Shown piece by piece: positions 46,982 to 55,244 of a DNA stretch of 64,000 bases. Source of the stretch: a virus. Below the pieces are notes generated by a model that was given only the letters and a program-made list of their open reading frames with translations, had not been told where the DNA came from and made no database searches. The stretch is taken from positions 1,210-65,209 of the IMG/VR virus record IMGVR_UViG_3300015264_000002. One strand, given 5' to 3'. How positions within the stretch are numbered: the stretch's first letter is position 1; the number at the start of each line of letters is the position of its first letter. The translations under genes were made by a program, and so were the position numbers.

Positions 46982-47867
46982 GGCTGACAAGCTCCCTACC
47001 AAGTCTCGTGGGCGGGCGTCGAGGGGCAAACAGCGACCGCCCCGCGCGATCAGCGGCGGCGGCTACGGCAAGCGCAGCAGCTTCCTGTTCCGCACCGACG
47101 ACGGCTACGCCGCTGGCGAGGACGCGCAGGTGGCCGGCACCGGTACCAGCATCTTCGACCCGGTCCTGTGCGAGCTCGTCTATCGCTGGTTCTGTCCGCC
47201 CGGGGGCCTGGTACTGGATCCCCTGGCGGGCGGTAGCGTGCGCGGGATCGTCGCGTCGCGCCTGGGCCGCCGGTACGTCGTGATCGAGCTGCGGGCCGAG
47301 CAGGTGCGGGCCAACGACGCACAGGCCAAGGCCATGTGCGGCGCGCCGCTGCCGCGCTGGCAGGTGGGCGACGCGCGCGACTTCCGTGCGGACGGCCCCG
47401 GGGACCTCAGCGCCGTCGCCGCCGACCTGGTGTTTACCTGCCCGCCGTACGCGGACCTGGAGGTGTACAGCGACGACCCGCGCGACCTGTCGACCATGCC
47501 GTACGACGCCTTCCGCGCCGCCTGGGCGGGGATCGTGGCGCAGTCGGTGGCGGCGCTGCGCGCCGATCGCTTCGCTGTCGTCGTCGTGGGCGACGTCCGC
47601 GCGCCGGGCGGCCAGTATCGGGCGTTCCCCTGGCACACCGTGGCGGCATTCGAGGCCGCGGGCGCGGCGCTCTACAACGAGGCGGTGCTGGTCACGGCCG
47701 TGGGGTCGCTGCCCGTGCGCACGGCGAAGCCGTTTGTCGGGAGCCGCAAGCTGGGCAAGACGCACCAGAACTGCCTAGTGTTCATCAAGGGCAGCCCGAC
47801 ACGCGCGACGGAGGCCTGCGGGGCGGTCGACGTGGCCGACGTGCTCGCCGGCGTGGCGTCGCCATGA
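46980..47867 (+). CDS. DNA amino-methyltransferase (N4-C/N6-A) catalytic part
   Basis: TSIFDPVLCEL.YRWF.P, DPLAGGSVRG (motif I), FTCPPY (motif IV), HQN.LVF.KG. Confidence 0.85.
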   Translation: MADKLPTKSRGRASRGKQRPPRAISGGGYGKRSSFLFRTDDGYAAGEDAQVAGTGTSIFDPVLCELVYRWFCPPGGLVLDPLAGGSVRGIVASRLGRRYVVIELRAEQVRANDAQAKAMCGAPLPRWQVGDARDFRADGPGDLSAVAADLVFTCPPYADLEVYSDDPRDLSTMPYDAFRAAWAGIVAQSVAALRADRFAVVVVGDVRAPGGQYRAFPWHTVAAFEAAGAALYNEAVLVTAVGSLPVRTAKPFVGSRKLGKTHQNCLVFIKGSPTRATEACGAVDVADVLAGVASP

Positions 47868-49286
47868 CGTCGACCGATCGCCAGCGCGACGCGCTGGGCG
47901 CGCAGGGCCGTGTGGGGTGTATAGAACCGGAAGGGGAGGGAACGACGCGATGCTGACGACACCAGTGCTGGGTCCGATCACAAGCCATGGGCGCCCGACG
48001 CTCTTGTGGTCCGCCGCCCCGGGGGCGGCCGGCTACCTGATCGAGCGCGCATACGGCTGGGGTCCGTTCAAGGCGATCGCCTACGTGGCGGCGCCGCTGA
48101 CGTCCTACATCGACAACCAGCAGGACGGCAGCAACGGGTTCGTCCGCGTCGGCCACAATCGGTACCGCCTCCGCGCGGTAGCGGCCGACGGCCAGGGCAA
48201 CTCGCCACCGTCAAGCTGGGTGGACGCGGCCTACGGGACGACGACGCCGCTAGCGGCGCGCCGGCTGCTGGCCGCCACCGCCAACCGGCTGGTGATCGTC
48301 GATCCGGAGGCGGGGACTATCCTGGGCGCGACGCCGCCCGATGCGGTGTTCGCGGGCGCGGCGGCGATCGTCGTGGTCGGCACGCGGGCGTACGTGCGGG
48401 CTAACGGGCGCCTCCTGGTCGTCAACGTCACCAACCCGGCTGCACCGGTGCTCACCGCGGTCCTGGTCGATGCGCGCCTGGCCGAGGTGGGGGACGGCCC
48501 GGGCGAGCGCGACGGCGGCCAGTCGCTGCTGGCCTGGTCGCCGTCCCGCCTCCTCGTGTCCTGCTTCCTCGCGGGCACGCTCCTGTCTATCGACGTGAGC
48601 GATCCGACGCGGCCGCGCGTCGCCGGCGAGATCGCGCCCGGCGGCGTGGTCAACTTCGTCTCGGGCCAGCCGCTATGTCTGGCGCGCCTCGATGCGACGC
48701 GCGTGCTGTGGCCGGGGAACGCCAATCCGCACGTACCCGTGGTGGACGTGACGGACCCCGACGCGCCCGCCCTGACGAACGCCTGGGGGTCGTGCGTCCT
48801 GCACATGGGCGAGGGCCCGTGCGCCCTCGTGGTCGACGGGCGACGCGCGATCGTCGCCGTCGACGTCGGCGGCCTCTGCCTCTTCGACCTTGCGGACCCC
48901 GCGCAGCCGGTGTGCGTGGGCGCGTTGCCCGTGCCGGCGATGACCATCACGCCGACGCTTGCGTATGACCCGAGCTACGGCCAGGTGGTGGCCGTCTGCC
49001 CGGGACCGGACGCCGGTGCGGCCGCGCCCGCGCAGCTCGTTCTCCTTGACGTGACGGTGTCGGCTAGCCCGCGGCTCGTCAGGACGGTGCCGCTGGTTGC
49101 GCGCGCCGCCGCGGTCGTCCTCCTCGACCGGCGGGCGGTCGTCCTCGAGGAGGGCGCCGTGGTTGCGTTCGACCTCGACCAGCCCGACCAGCCACCGCGC
49201 ACCGTGGCGGACGCACAGCTGGTCGGCGCCGGCGCGCTGGCCGTGGCGTCGCCGTGATACTGACCGATCGCCAGCGCGACGCCCTG
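47852..49286 (+). repeat. 45-bp imperfect direct repeats (47852-47896 and 49242-49286) flanking one gene
   Basis: 39/45 identical; perfect 21-nt core GACCGATCGCCAGCGCGACGC. Confidence 0.85.
47950..49257 (+). CDS. FnIII-like + LVIVD-type beta-propeller protein
   Basis: L.W.A..GA.GY.IER...SY.D....YR+RAV; repeated LL.VDVSDP..P units; RBS GGGGAGGG. Confidence 0.75.
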   Translation: MLTTPVLGPITSHGRPTLLWSAAPGAAGYLIERAYGWGPFKAIAYVAAPLTSYIDNQQDGSNGFVRVGHNRYRLRAVAADGQGNSPPSSWVDAAYGTTTPLAARRLLAATANRLVIVDPEAGTILGATPPDAVFAGAAAIVVVGTRAYVRANGRLLVVNVTNPAAPVLTAVLVDARLAEVGDGPGERDGGQSLLAWSPSRLLVSCFLAGTLLSIDVSDPTRPRVAGEIAPGGVVNFVSGQPLCLARLDATRVLWPGNANPHVPVVDVTDPDAPALTNAWGSCVLHMGEGPCALVVDGRRAIVAVDVGGLCLFDLADPAQPVCVGALPVPAMTITPTLAYDPSYGQVVAVCPGPDAGAAAPAQLVLLDVTVSASPRLVRTVPLVARAAAVVLLDRRAVVLEEGAVVAFDLDQPDQPPRTVADAQLVGAGALAVASP

Positions 49287-49490
49287 CACAGGCTGGCGCT
49301 AGCCGCGCACCTGGCCGTCAAGGTGTACGATCACCACGAGCCGGACCCGTACGAGGCCGCGGCCATGGCAGCAGCGGGCCCCGACGAGACGGACGGCATG
49401 TTGTCGACCTTGCTGGCGGATCCCATGGACGAGCTCGGCCTGGCGCTGGCGGAGCTGCGCGCCACCTTCGGGCCCCTCGTGGTGCCATGA
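49254..49490 (+). CDS. Hypothetical protein
   Basis: GTGA coupling. Confidence 0.55.
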   Translation: MILTDRQRDALHRLALAAHLAVKVYDHHEPDPYEAAAMAAAGPDETDGMLSTLLADPMDELGLALAELRATFGPLVVP

Positions 49491-49750
49491 ATCCCCTGGC
49501 GGCGCCCACCTGCGCGTGCGGTACGCCGGAGTGCACGGCAGACGCGGTCACGCTGTGCGGGCAGCAGCGGGTGACCGGCAGCTGGTGTGGCCGCCCGGTG
49601 TGCCGGCAGCACGCGCGGGTGCTCGGGCGGCTGCTCGAGGAGCACACGGCGACGGACTACGGGGCCGTGCCGGTCGGGCGCTACCGCTTTGTGCACGACG
49701 GCGTGGCGTGCACGCGGTGCGCCGACGCGCGCACGCAGCAGGCGGCGTGA
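49487..49750 (+). CDS. Cys-rich Zn-finger protein
   Basis: C.C...C...LC...C..P+C..H...C..C. Confidence 0.6.
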   Translation: MNPLAAPTCACGTPECTADAVTLCGQQRVTGSWCGRPVCRQHARVLGRLLEEHTATDYGAVPVGRYRFVHDGVACTRCADARTQQAA

Positions 49751-49974
49751 ACACGGCGGCCGCCGACAGCCGCGGGCGGCGCTGGTACGTGCGCGTGCCG
49801 CTGCGCAGCTGGGATCGGCAGCGCGAGCTGATCCGGGCGCTGTGGCTGGCCGCCTGGTCGCCGGTGCCCGACCCGCAGGCGCTCCGCCGGATCGCCAACG
49901 ACCTGGACAAGGCGTACAGCGTCGACGGGCTCGCGCCCGGTGAGGCGATCATCCTGGACGACGGCCGTCCGTGA
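49747..49974 (+). CDS. Hypothetical protein
   Basis: GTGA coupling. Confidence 0.5.
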   Translation: MNTAAADSRGRRWYVRVPLRSWDRQRELIRALWLAAWSPVPDPQALRRIANDLDKAYSVDGLAPGEAIILDDGRP

Positions 49975-50073
49975 CCGCCATGTCGGTGGCCGGCGGGAAG
50001 GTGTAAGTAGGCGCGCAGGTGGCAGGGGCGGCACGTGGGGTGTCGCGGGATGGACGGGGTGGTGGTGGCTGGG

Positions 50074-51093
50074 ATGGAGACGCTGTTTCGACGCCCCGAC
50101 CGGATCGACGCCAAGCTGAACGTCTGCACGGTCCTGTTTAACAGCGTGCGGTACCGGGCGCGGTGGAAGCTGACCGAGGACTTCATCCGGCAGGTCGAGC
50201 GCCACCACAACGCGCGCGTGTGTGTGGCCGAGGTCGCCTTCGGGGAACGGGAGTTCGTGATCGCCAGCGCCACCGACCCGTACCACCTGCGCCTGCGCAC
50301 CTGTCACGAGCTGTTTTTCAAAGAGAACGCCCTCAACCTGCTGTTTGCCCGGGTCATGGCGGCGGACCCCGAGGCGGAGTACTTCGCCTGGGTCGACGCC
50401 GACACGCATCTTGCGCGCTACGATTGGGTGGACGAGGCAATCCACCAGCTGCAGCACCACCCGGTGGTGCAGCTGTGGTCGGAAATGCAGGACCTGACGG
50501 ACGAGCACGAGGTGCTGGCGACCGGACCGAGCTTCGTGCAGACCTGGCAGGAGGGTCGCAAGGGCGAGCCCGGGTGTCACGGGGCGCCGGGCCGTCAACA
50601 CCTGGGGCCGACCGGCCTCGGCTGGGCCGCGATCCGCGCGTGGATCGAGGGCGTTGGTGGCCTGCTCGACGTGTGCGTGGTCGGCTCGTGCGACTGGTGG
50701 ATGGGCTACGCGCTGATCGGCCGGCTCGAGGCCGCGCTCGCCGCGACCGGGAACCACCCCGGGCGCAAGGGGCGCGGTACCTACCACCCGGACTATGTCA
50801 AGGCGATCTGCGAGTGGGAGCGCCGGACGCGGTTGACGCAGTGGAAGGAGCGGCCGCTACAAGGCAACATCGGCCTGGTCAAGGGCCTGGCGCTCCACTA
50901 CTTCCACGGGCCCAAGGCCGACCGGCGCTACCAGGACCGCGAGCAAATTTTCATCCGCCACCAGTTCAACCCGCTGACCGACCTCAAGCGTGACGTCCAG
51001 GGGCTGTGGCAGCTGACGGCCGACAAACCGGAGATGCGCCGCGACCTGCAGCGGTACTATCGGGGACGCAACGAGGACGCGCCGACGCGCTGA
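50074..51093 (+). CDS. GT-A fold glycosyltransferase-like protein
   Basis: V.F.N..RY..R.KL...F...E+AFG...LR.R....F.KEN.+N...AW+DAD...QLWS...G..WA..R.....GGL.D...GS.D..M. Confidence 0.7.
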   Translation: METLFRRPDRIDAKLNVCTVLFNSVRYRARWKLTEDFIRQVERHHNARVCVAEVAFGEREFVIASATDPYHLRLRTCHELFFKENALNLLFARVMAADPEAEYFAWVDADTHLARYDWVDEAIHQLQHHPVVQLWSEMQDLTDEHEVLATGPSFVQTWQEGRKGEPGCHGAPGRQHLGPTGLGWAAIRAWIEGVGGLLDVCVVGSCDWWMGYALIGRLEAALAATGNHPGRKGRGTYHPDYVKAICEWERRTRLTQWKERPLQGNIGLVKGLALHYFHGPKADRRYQDREQIFIRHQFNPLTDLKRDVQGLWQLTADKPEMRRDLQRYYRGRNEDAPTR

Positions 51094-51746
51094 TGGCGGG
51101 CGCACCACGTAGCAGTGCACCACCGCGACGGCGCCGGCGACGTCGTCGGCCGCCACGACAGGCGGCGCCGGCGCAGCGCAATCGGCCCGTGGGCGAGCAC
51201 GCGCGCAAGCTGCAACGCCGCGTGCAGGCGCTCGACCTGTACCTGCACGGCCTGTCGTTCACCGGCGTGCACGACGCCCTGGCGTTGCAGGGCGTGCGCG
51301 TCGATCGCTCGACCGTCGTCCGCGACATTACCGATGCCCTGGGCGAGCTGGCGGAGCTCGACGTGCGCTACCGTGAGCAGGTGCGACAGGAGCTGGTGGA
51401 GAAGGCGCGCCTGCTGTGGAAATGGCTCGAGCCGCGCGCGTCGGTGGGCGATCCGCGGGCGATCCTGGCGGGCGAGCGCGTGCTGGGGCGGCTGCAGAAG
51501 CTGACGGGGGCGTACCCGCCGGGCCTGCCCGACGTGCCGGGGCTCGCGGACGTGGCCGGCCCGGCGCGCGTGGTGTCGGGCGACGTCCTGGTGTACTTCG
51601 AGGCGGACCTGTCGCACTGGCCGACGGCGGCCGCGCAGCAGGTGATCGAGACGACGGCGGTGCCGGCGGCCCCGCGGCCGGCGGCGGGGGGAGGGGGCTA
51701 TGCGGAAGCGGGATCAGGTGCGGCGGGCGCGGCGCAGTCGGCGTAG
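51093..51746 (+). CDS. terS: Terminase small subunit
   Basis: RRVQAL.L...G.S...+...L.....TV..D+..AL...R.EL.....LW......GDPRAI...R+....KL.G; upstream of terL. Confidence 0.7.
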   Translation: MAGAPRSSAPPRRRRRRRRPPRQAAPAQRNRPVGEHARKLQRRVQALDLYLHGLSFTGVHDALALQGVRVDRSTVVRDITDALGELAELDVRYREQVRQELVEKARLLWKWLEPRASVGDPRAILAGERVLGRLQKLTGAYPPGLPDVPGLADVAGPARVVSGDVLVYFEADLSHWPTAAAQQVIETTAVPAAPRPAAGGGGYAEAGSGAAGAAQSA

Positions 51747-51771
51747 GCGGTCACCGGGCCCCTGGGGCGGC

Positions 51772-51915
51772 GTGCGGCTGGTGCTGCCCCGTACCCAGGA
51801 CGCCGACGGCCGGGAGCTGGGGCCGGTGATCGTGGGCGACGGCGCCTGCGTCTACCTGCGCCAGGTGGTGGGGGAGGAGCTGGCCGCGCTGCTGGACGGG
51901 CTGGCCACCGGGTAG
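51772..51915 (+). CDS. Small ORF in same frame as terL, ending at TAG
   Basis: GTG 51772 to TAG 51913-51915. Confidence 0.4.
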   Translation: MRLVLPRTQDADGRELGPVIVGDGACVYLRQVVGEELAALLDGLATG

Positions 51916-51918
51916 CAG

Positions 51919-53412
51919 CTGGCCACCGCCCCGGTCGACGCCGGCGCCGGGCAGCGCGTCGTCCGCTTCCGCTTCCTGCCCAAGCAACGCGAGTTCATTG
52001 AGGACGCGCACGCCGAGCTGCTGTACAGCGGGGCGTTCGGCGCCGGCAAGTCGTACAGCATCTGCGCCAAGGCGATCGCGCTCGCCACCGTCTACCCCGG
52101 CACCACGATTGGCCTGTGCCGCAAGCGCCTGACCCAGCTGCGCAGCACGACCATGCGCACGTTTTTCGAGGAGGTGTGTCAGCCCGAGCTGATCCGGTGG
52201 TACCGCAAGAGCGAGCGCGTCGTCGCCCTCAAGTCCGGCCCGGCGCTGCGCCCCGGCGGCTGCGCGTGCCAGTCGCGGCTCGGCTGTCGCGCCTGCACGG
52301 CCTACGTGTTCTTTTTCGGCCTGACCAACGACCGCGGCCACTCGTTCAATATCCGCAGCCTCAACCTGGGCGCGTGCGGCGTGGACGAGGCAATCGAGCT
52401 GACGGAGAACGAGTGGCTGGAGATCCAGGGGCGGCTGCGGGAGCGGCACTGCGCGCTGCACCAGGTGTTTGGCGCGACCAACCCGGGCAGCCGCGGGCAC
52501 TGGCTGTACCAGCGCATGTGGATCAACGCCGACCCGCAGGTGCAGCATGTCGTGCAGACCTCCACGCTCGACAATCCGCACCTGCCGCCCAGCTACGTCG
52601 CGCTGATCAGCCGGTACAAGGGCCGGTATTACGAGCGGTACGTGCAGGGCAAGTGGGTCGGCTTCGACGGCCTCGTGTACGACGTGTACGACCCGCTGGT
52701 GCACGAGCTCACGTGGGAGCAGTTCGCAGCCCGCAAGGGCTGGGGCAACGGCTACCAGACGACCCCGGGCGTCTATGCGATCCCGCCCAAGTGGACGCGC
52801 CTCGGCGGCTGCGACTTCGGCTTTACCAACCCCTTCGTGTTCCAGTGGTGGGCCGAGTCGCCCGACGCGGAGTACTTCATGTACCGCGAGATTTACCACA
52901 CGCGGCGGCTGGTCGAAGATCACGCGCGCGACATTGTCCGGCTGTCGCGGGGCGAGCCGGCGCGGCTGAACAGCTGGGCGGATCACGATGCCGAGGACGC
53001 CGCGACGTTGCGCCGCTACGGCGTCAACACCATGCCCGCCAACAAGGACGTGGCCAACGGGATACAGACGGTCTACAACCTGCTGCGGCCCGACGACGCG
53101 ACCGGCCGCCCGCGCGCGTACTTCCTGCGCGACGCCCTGGTGGAGGAGGACCCGGCGCTGGCGGGCGACCAGGAGCGCCGGCACCCGGTACGCACCACGG
53201 AGGAGTACCAGGTGTACAAGTACCTGCCGGGGACGGAGACGCGCAGCGCGAAGGAGGAGCCGGCCAAGGTCGACGACCACGGCTGCGACACCACCCGGTA
53301 CGTGCTACACAGCCACCTGGTCGGCGGCGCTAACGCGGGGCTGCTGCGGTACATGGAGGCGGAGGCCAAGAAGCGGCTGGCCGAGCGCGCGCGGGCGCAG
53401 CGTGGCTACTGA
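51919..53412 (+). CDS. terL: Terminase large subunit (PBSX/Terminase_3-like); non-canonical start
   Basis: FLPKQ.EF, Walker A GAFGAGKS, GVDEA Walker B, GATNP, G.W.GF.G.VY, GCDFGF.NP, DH.CD.TRY; no ATG/GTG/TTG in frame between 51916 and Walker A. Confidence 0.9.
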   Translation: MATAPVDAGAGQRVVRFRFLPKQREFIEDAHAELLYSGAFGAGKSYSICAKAIALATVYPGTTIGLCRKRLTQLRSTTMRTFFEEVCQPELIRWYRKSERVVALKSGPALRPGGCACQSRLGCRACTAYVFFFGLTNDRGHSFNIRSLNLGACGVDEAIELTENEWLEIQGRLRERHCALHQVFGATNPGSRGHWLYQRMWINADPQVQHVVQTSTLDNPHLPPSYVALISRYKGRYYERYVQGKWVGFDGLVYDVYDPLVHELTWEQFAARKGWGNGYQTTPGVYAIPPKWTRLGGCDFGFTNPFVFQWWAESPDAEYFMYREIYHTRRLVEDHARDIVRLSRGEPARLNSWADHDAEDAATLRRYGVNTMPANKDVANGIQTVYNLLRPDDATGRPRAYFLRDALVEEDPALAGDQERRHPVRTTEEYQVYKYLPGTETRSAKEEPAKVDDHGCDTTRYVLHSHLVGGANAGLLRYMEAEAKKRLAERARAQRGY

Positions 53413-53725
53413 GTTCACGTTCCAGTGCACGATCTGCGGCCACGTGTACACCGTGGTGGCCAGCCACCTCGCGGCCTGCCCGCGGTGTGATCCCGGGCAC
53501 CAGGGCCCCGCGCGGCTGGCGCCGTTTTGGGGCGAGCTGCAGGTGGGGCTGCTGCGGGCGCTGCTGCACCTGCACGTCCCGTGCACGTACGCCGGTGTCC
53601 GCGGATCACCGCCGGCGGTGCCGTTCTTTGCCTTCGGGCTGTGCACGCTGCCGCAGGACGCGTCGCTGTCCGGGGCCGTGTGGACCAACCAGCTGCTGTG
53701 GCGCGGCGCCTGGTGGGCCGGGTGA
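53402..53725 (+). CDS. Zn-ribbon protein
   Basis: CTICG...CPRC. Confidence 0.55.
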   Translation: MATEFTFQCTICGHVYTVVASHLAACPRCDPGHQGPARLAPFWGELQVGLLRALLHLHVPCTYAGVRGSPPAVPFFAFGLCTLPQDASLSGAVWTNQLLWRGAWWAG

Positions 53726-54051
53726 GCGCCGACGGCGACGCGCCGCTGGGCCTATGCAACGCGATGGTCACCCGCACGGTGGACGGCGCCCTCTTCGTGC
53801 GCACCTTGATCCCCGCCGCCGACGGGACGCCCGTCCGCTGTGAGCAGGCGTCGATCGGCAGCCGCAGCGTGCGCGTGTACCGGGCCGGCGACGTGATCAT
53901 GGCCGCCCTGACCGCGGGCGACACGGGTGCGTGGCGCACGACGACGTACTGCCGCGCGCACCTGGACCTGCTCGACCACGGCTATCCGGTGCACGCCTAC
54001 GCGTACCTGCCGCCCGACCGCGGTTTGACACCTACCCCCAGGCAGGGCTAG
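53722..54051 (+). CDS. Hypothetical protein
   Basis: GTGA coupling. Confidence 0.5.
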   Translation: MSADGDAPLGLCNAMVTRTVDGALFVRTLIPAADGTPVRCEQASIGSRSVRVYRAGDVIMAALTAGDTGAWRTTTYCRAHLDLLDHGYPVHAYAYLPPDRGLTPTPRQG

Positions 54052-54399
54052 TCACGCGCCCCATGCGGCTGGGTGGTGTGGGCGGCTTCGTCGGTGGCTT
54101 CCTCGACCGCCTGCTGTTCGGCCTCGGCCGGCGCGGTGCCAACCAGCGCCAGCGCACCTGGCGCAGCGGCGGGGCGGAGCACCGGTGGCGGGCGTGCGAC
54201 GAGCGGCGCAAGAGCCGCCAGCGCGCGCAGCGGCGCGCGCACCGGGCCACCACGCGCGCCCTCAAGGCGCGCTGCGCGGGGTCGCGATGAGGGGGTGGAG
54301 CGTGACCGACCTCAAGATCATCTGGGGATACCTCGCTGGGTGTCTCTGTACCTACGTGCTCTGCGCGATCTTCCCACCGCCGTGGGGCCGCCGGCGCCC

Positions 54400-54909
54400 G
54401 TGAGCGAACCCGTGATTATCGGCCTGCCGGTCGTCGGTGCGCTCCGTGCCGTGCTGCGCGCGCCCGAGATGCAGGACGACGCGCCCCTGTACGTGCTTGA
54501 CGAGAACGCCGAGGCGCGGCCGGTCCTCGGGGCGCAGCTGGGCGTCCCCAGCGGCTGCGTGTACCTGTACGTGGGGCCGCCCGCGCCCGTCCAGGTCGAC
54601 ACAGCCGCGTGGCTGCACCAGCATAACGCCAACGTCGAGTACGTGGCGCGGGACGACACGCACGAGGGCCCCGCCGTAACGGTCACCGTGCGGGCCGGGC
54701 CGGCCGCACGGCGGTGCAGCGTCAAGGCGTCTGACCTGGACGCCGCGGTGCGGGTGCTGGCGCGCGAGGTGCGGGAGCAGGAGCGGGGGCAACGCGTGCT
54801 GCTGGAGCTGCGCCAGCTGCTGCGCGCGGGCGACGTCCCGGCGGCGCTGAACTTCCTGACGCTGGCGCTCGGGGAGGCGGAGGCGCCGCCCGGAGAGGCG
54901 GCGACATGA
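54400..54909 (+). CDS. Hypothetical protein
   Basis: GTGA and ATGA coupling on both sides. Confidence 0.55.
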   Translation: MSEPVIIGLPVVGALRAVLRAPEMQDDAPLYVLDENAEARPVLGAQLGVPSGCVYLYVGPPAPVQVDTAAWLHQHNANVEYVARDDTHEGPAVTVTVRAGPAARRCSVKASDLDAAVRVLAREVREQERGQRVLLELRQLLRAGDVPAALNFLTLALGEAEAPPGEAAT

Positions 54910-55244
54910 GGCGGCGGGTGCATCCGCTGGCGACCGTGCCCTGCTACCGCTGCGGCGCGGCCATGCTGTGGGCGACGACCAAGGCGGGCAAGCTGATGCC
55001 GATCGACGCGGCGCCGTTTCGGCGCGACGACTTGGTGCCCACGGGGCGCTGGCGGCTCGAGCTCGTCGGCGGGGTGCTGTACGTGCACCACGACGTCGCC
55101 GCGATCGACGCGCCCGACGTGTACACCTCGCACTTCGCCACCTGCCCCGGCTACCTGACGCCCGGGCAGATCACGCTGCTCGAGCCCGCCCTGCAGGCGC
55201 GCATTGCGGCGCACGCGGCGGCACAGCAGCAGGCCCGCGCATGA
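54906..55244 (+). CDS. Conserved phage Zn-binding protein
   Basis: C.RCGA.M.WA.T..GK.MPID...Y.SHFATCP. Confidence 0.75.
   Translation: MRRRVHPLATVPCYRCGAAMLWATTKAGKLMPIDAAPFRRDDLVPTGRWRLELVGGVLYVHHDVAAIDAPDVYTSHFATCPGYLTPGQITLLEPALQARIAAHAAAQQQARA

Noticed and set aside
51913-51915. Genome-wide TAG reassignment as the explanation for the terL stop
   Set aside because: Many genes end at TAG followed by a new gene with its own start (e.g. 11145, 19481, 26566), and no suppressor tRNA is present
54025-54054. TTGACA at 54025 as an internal promoter
   Set aside because: No convincing -10 element at 16-18 bp
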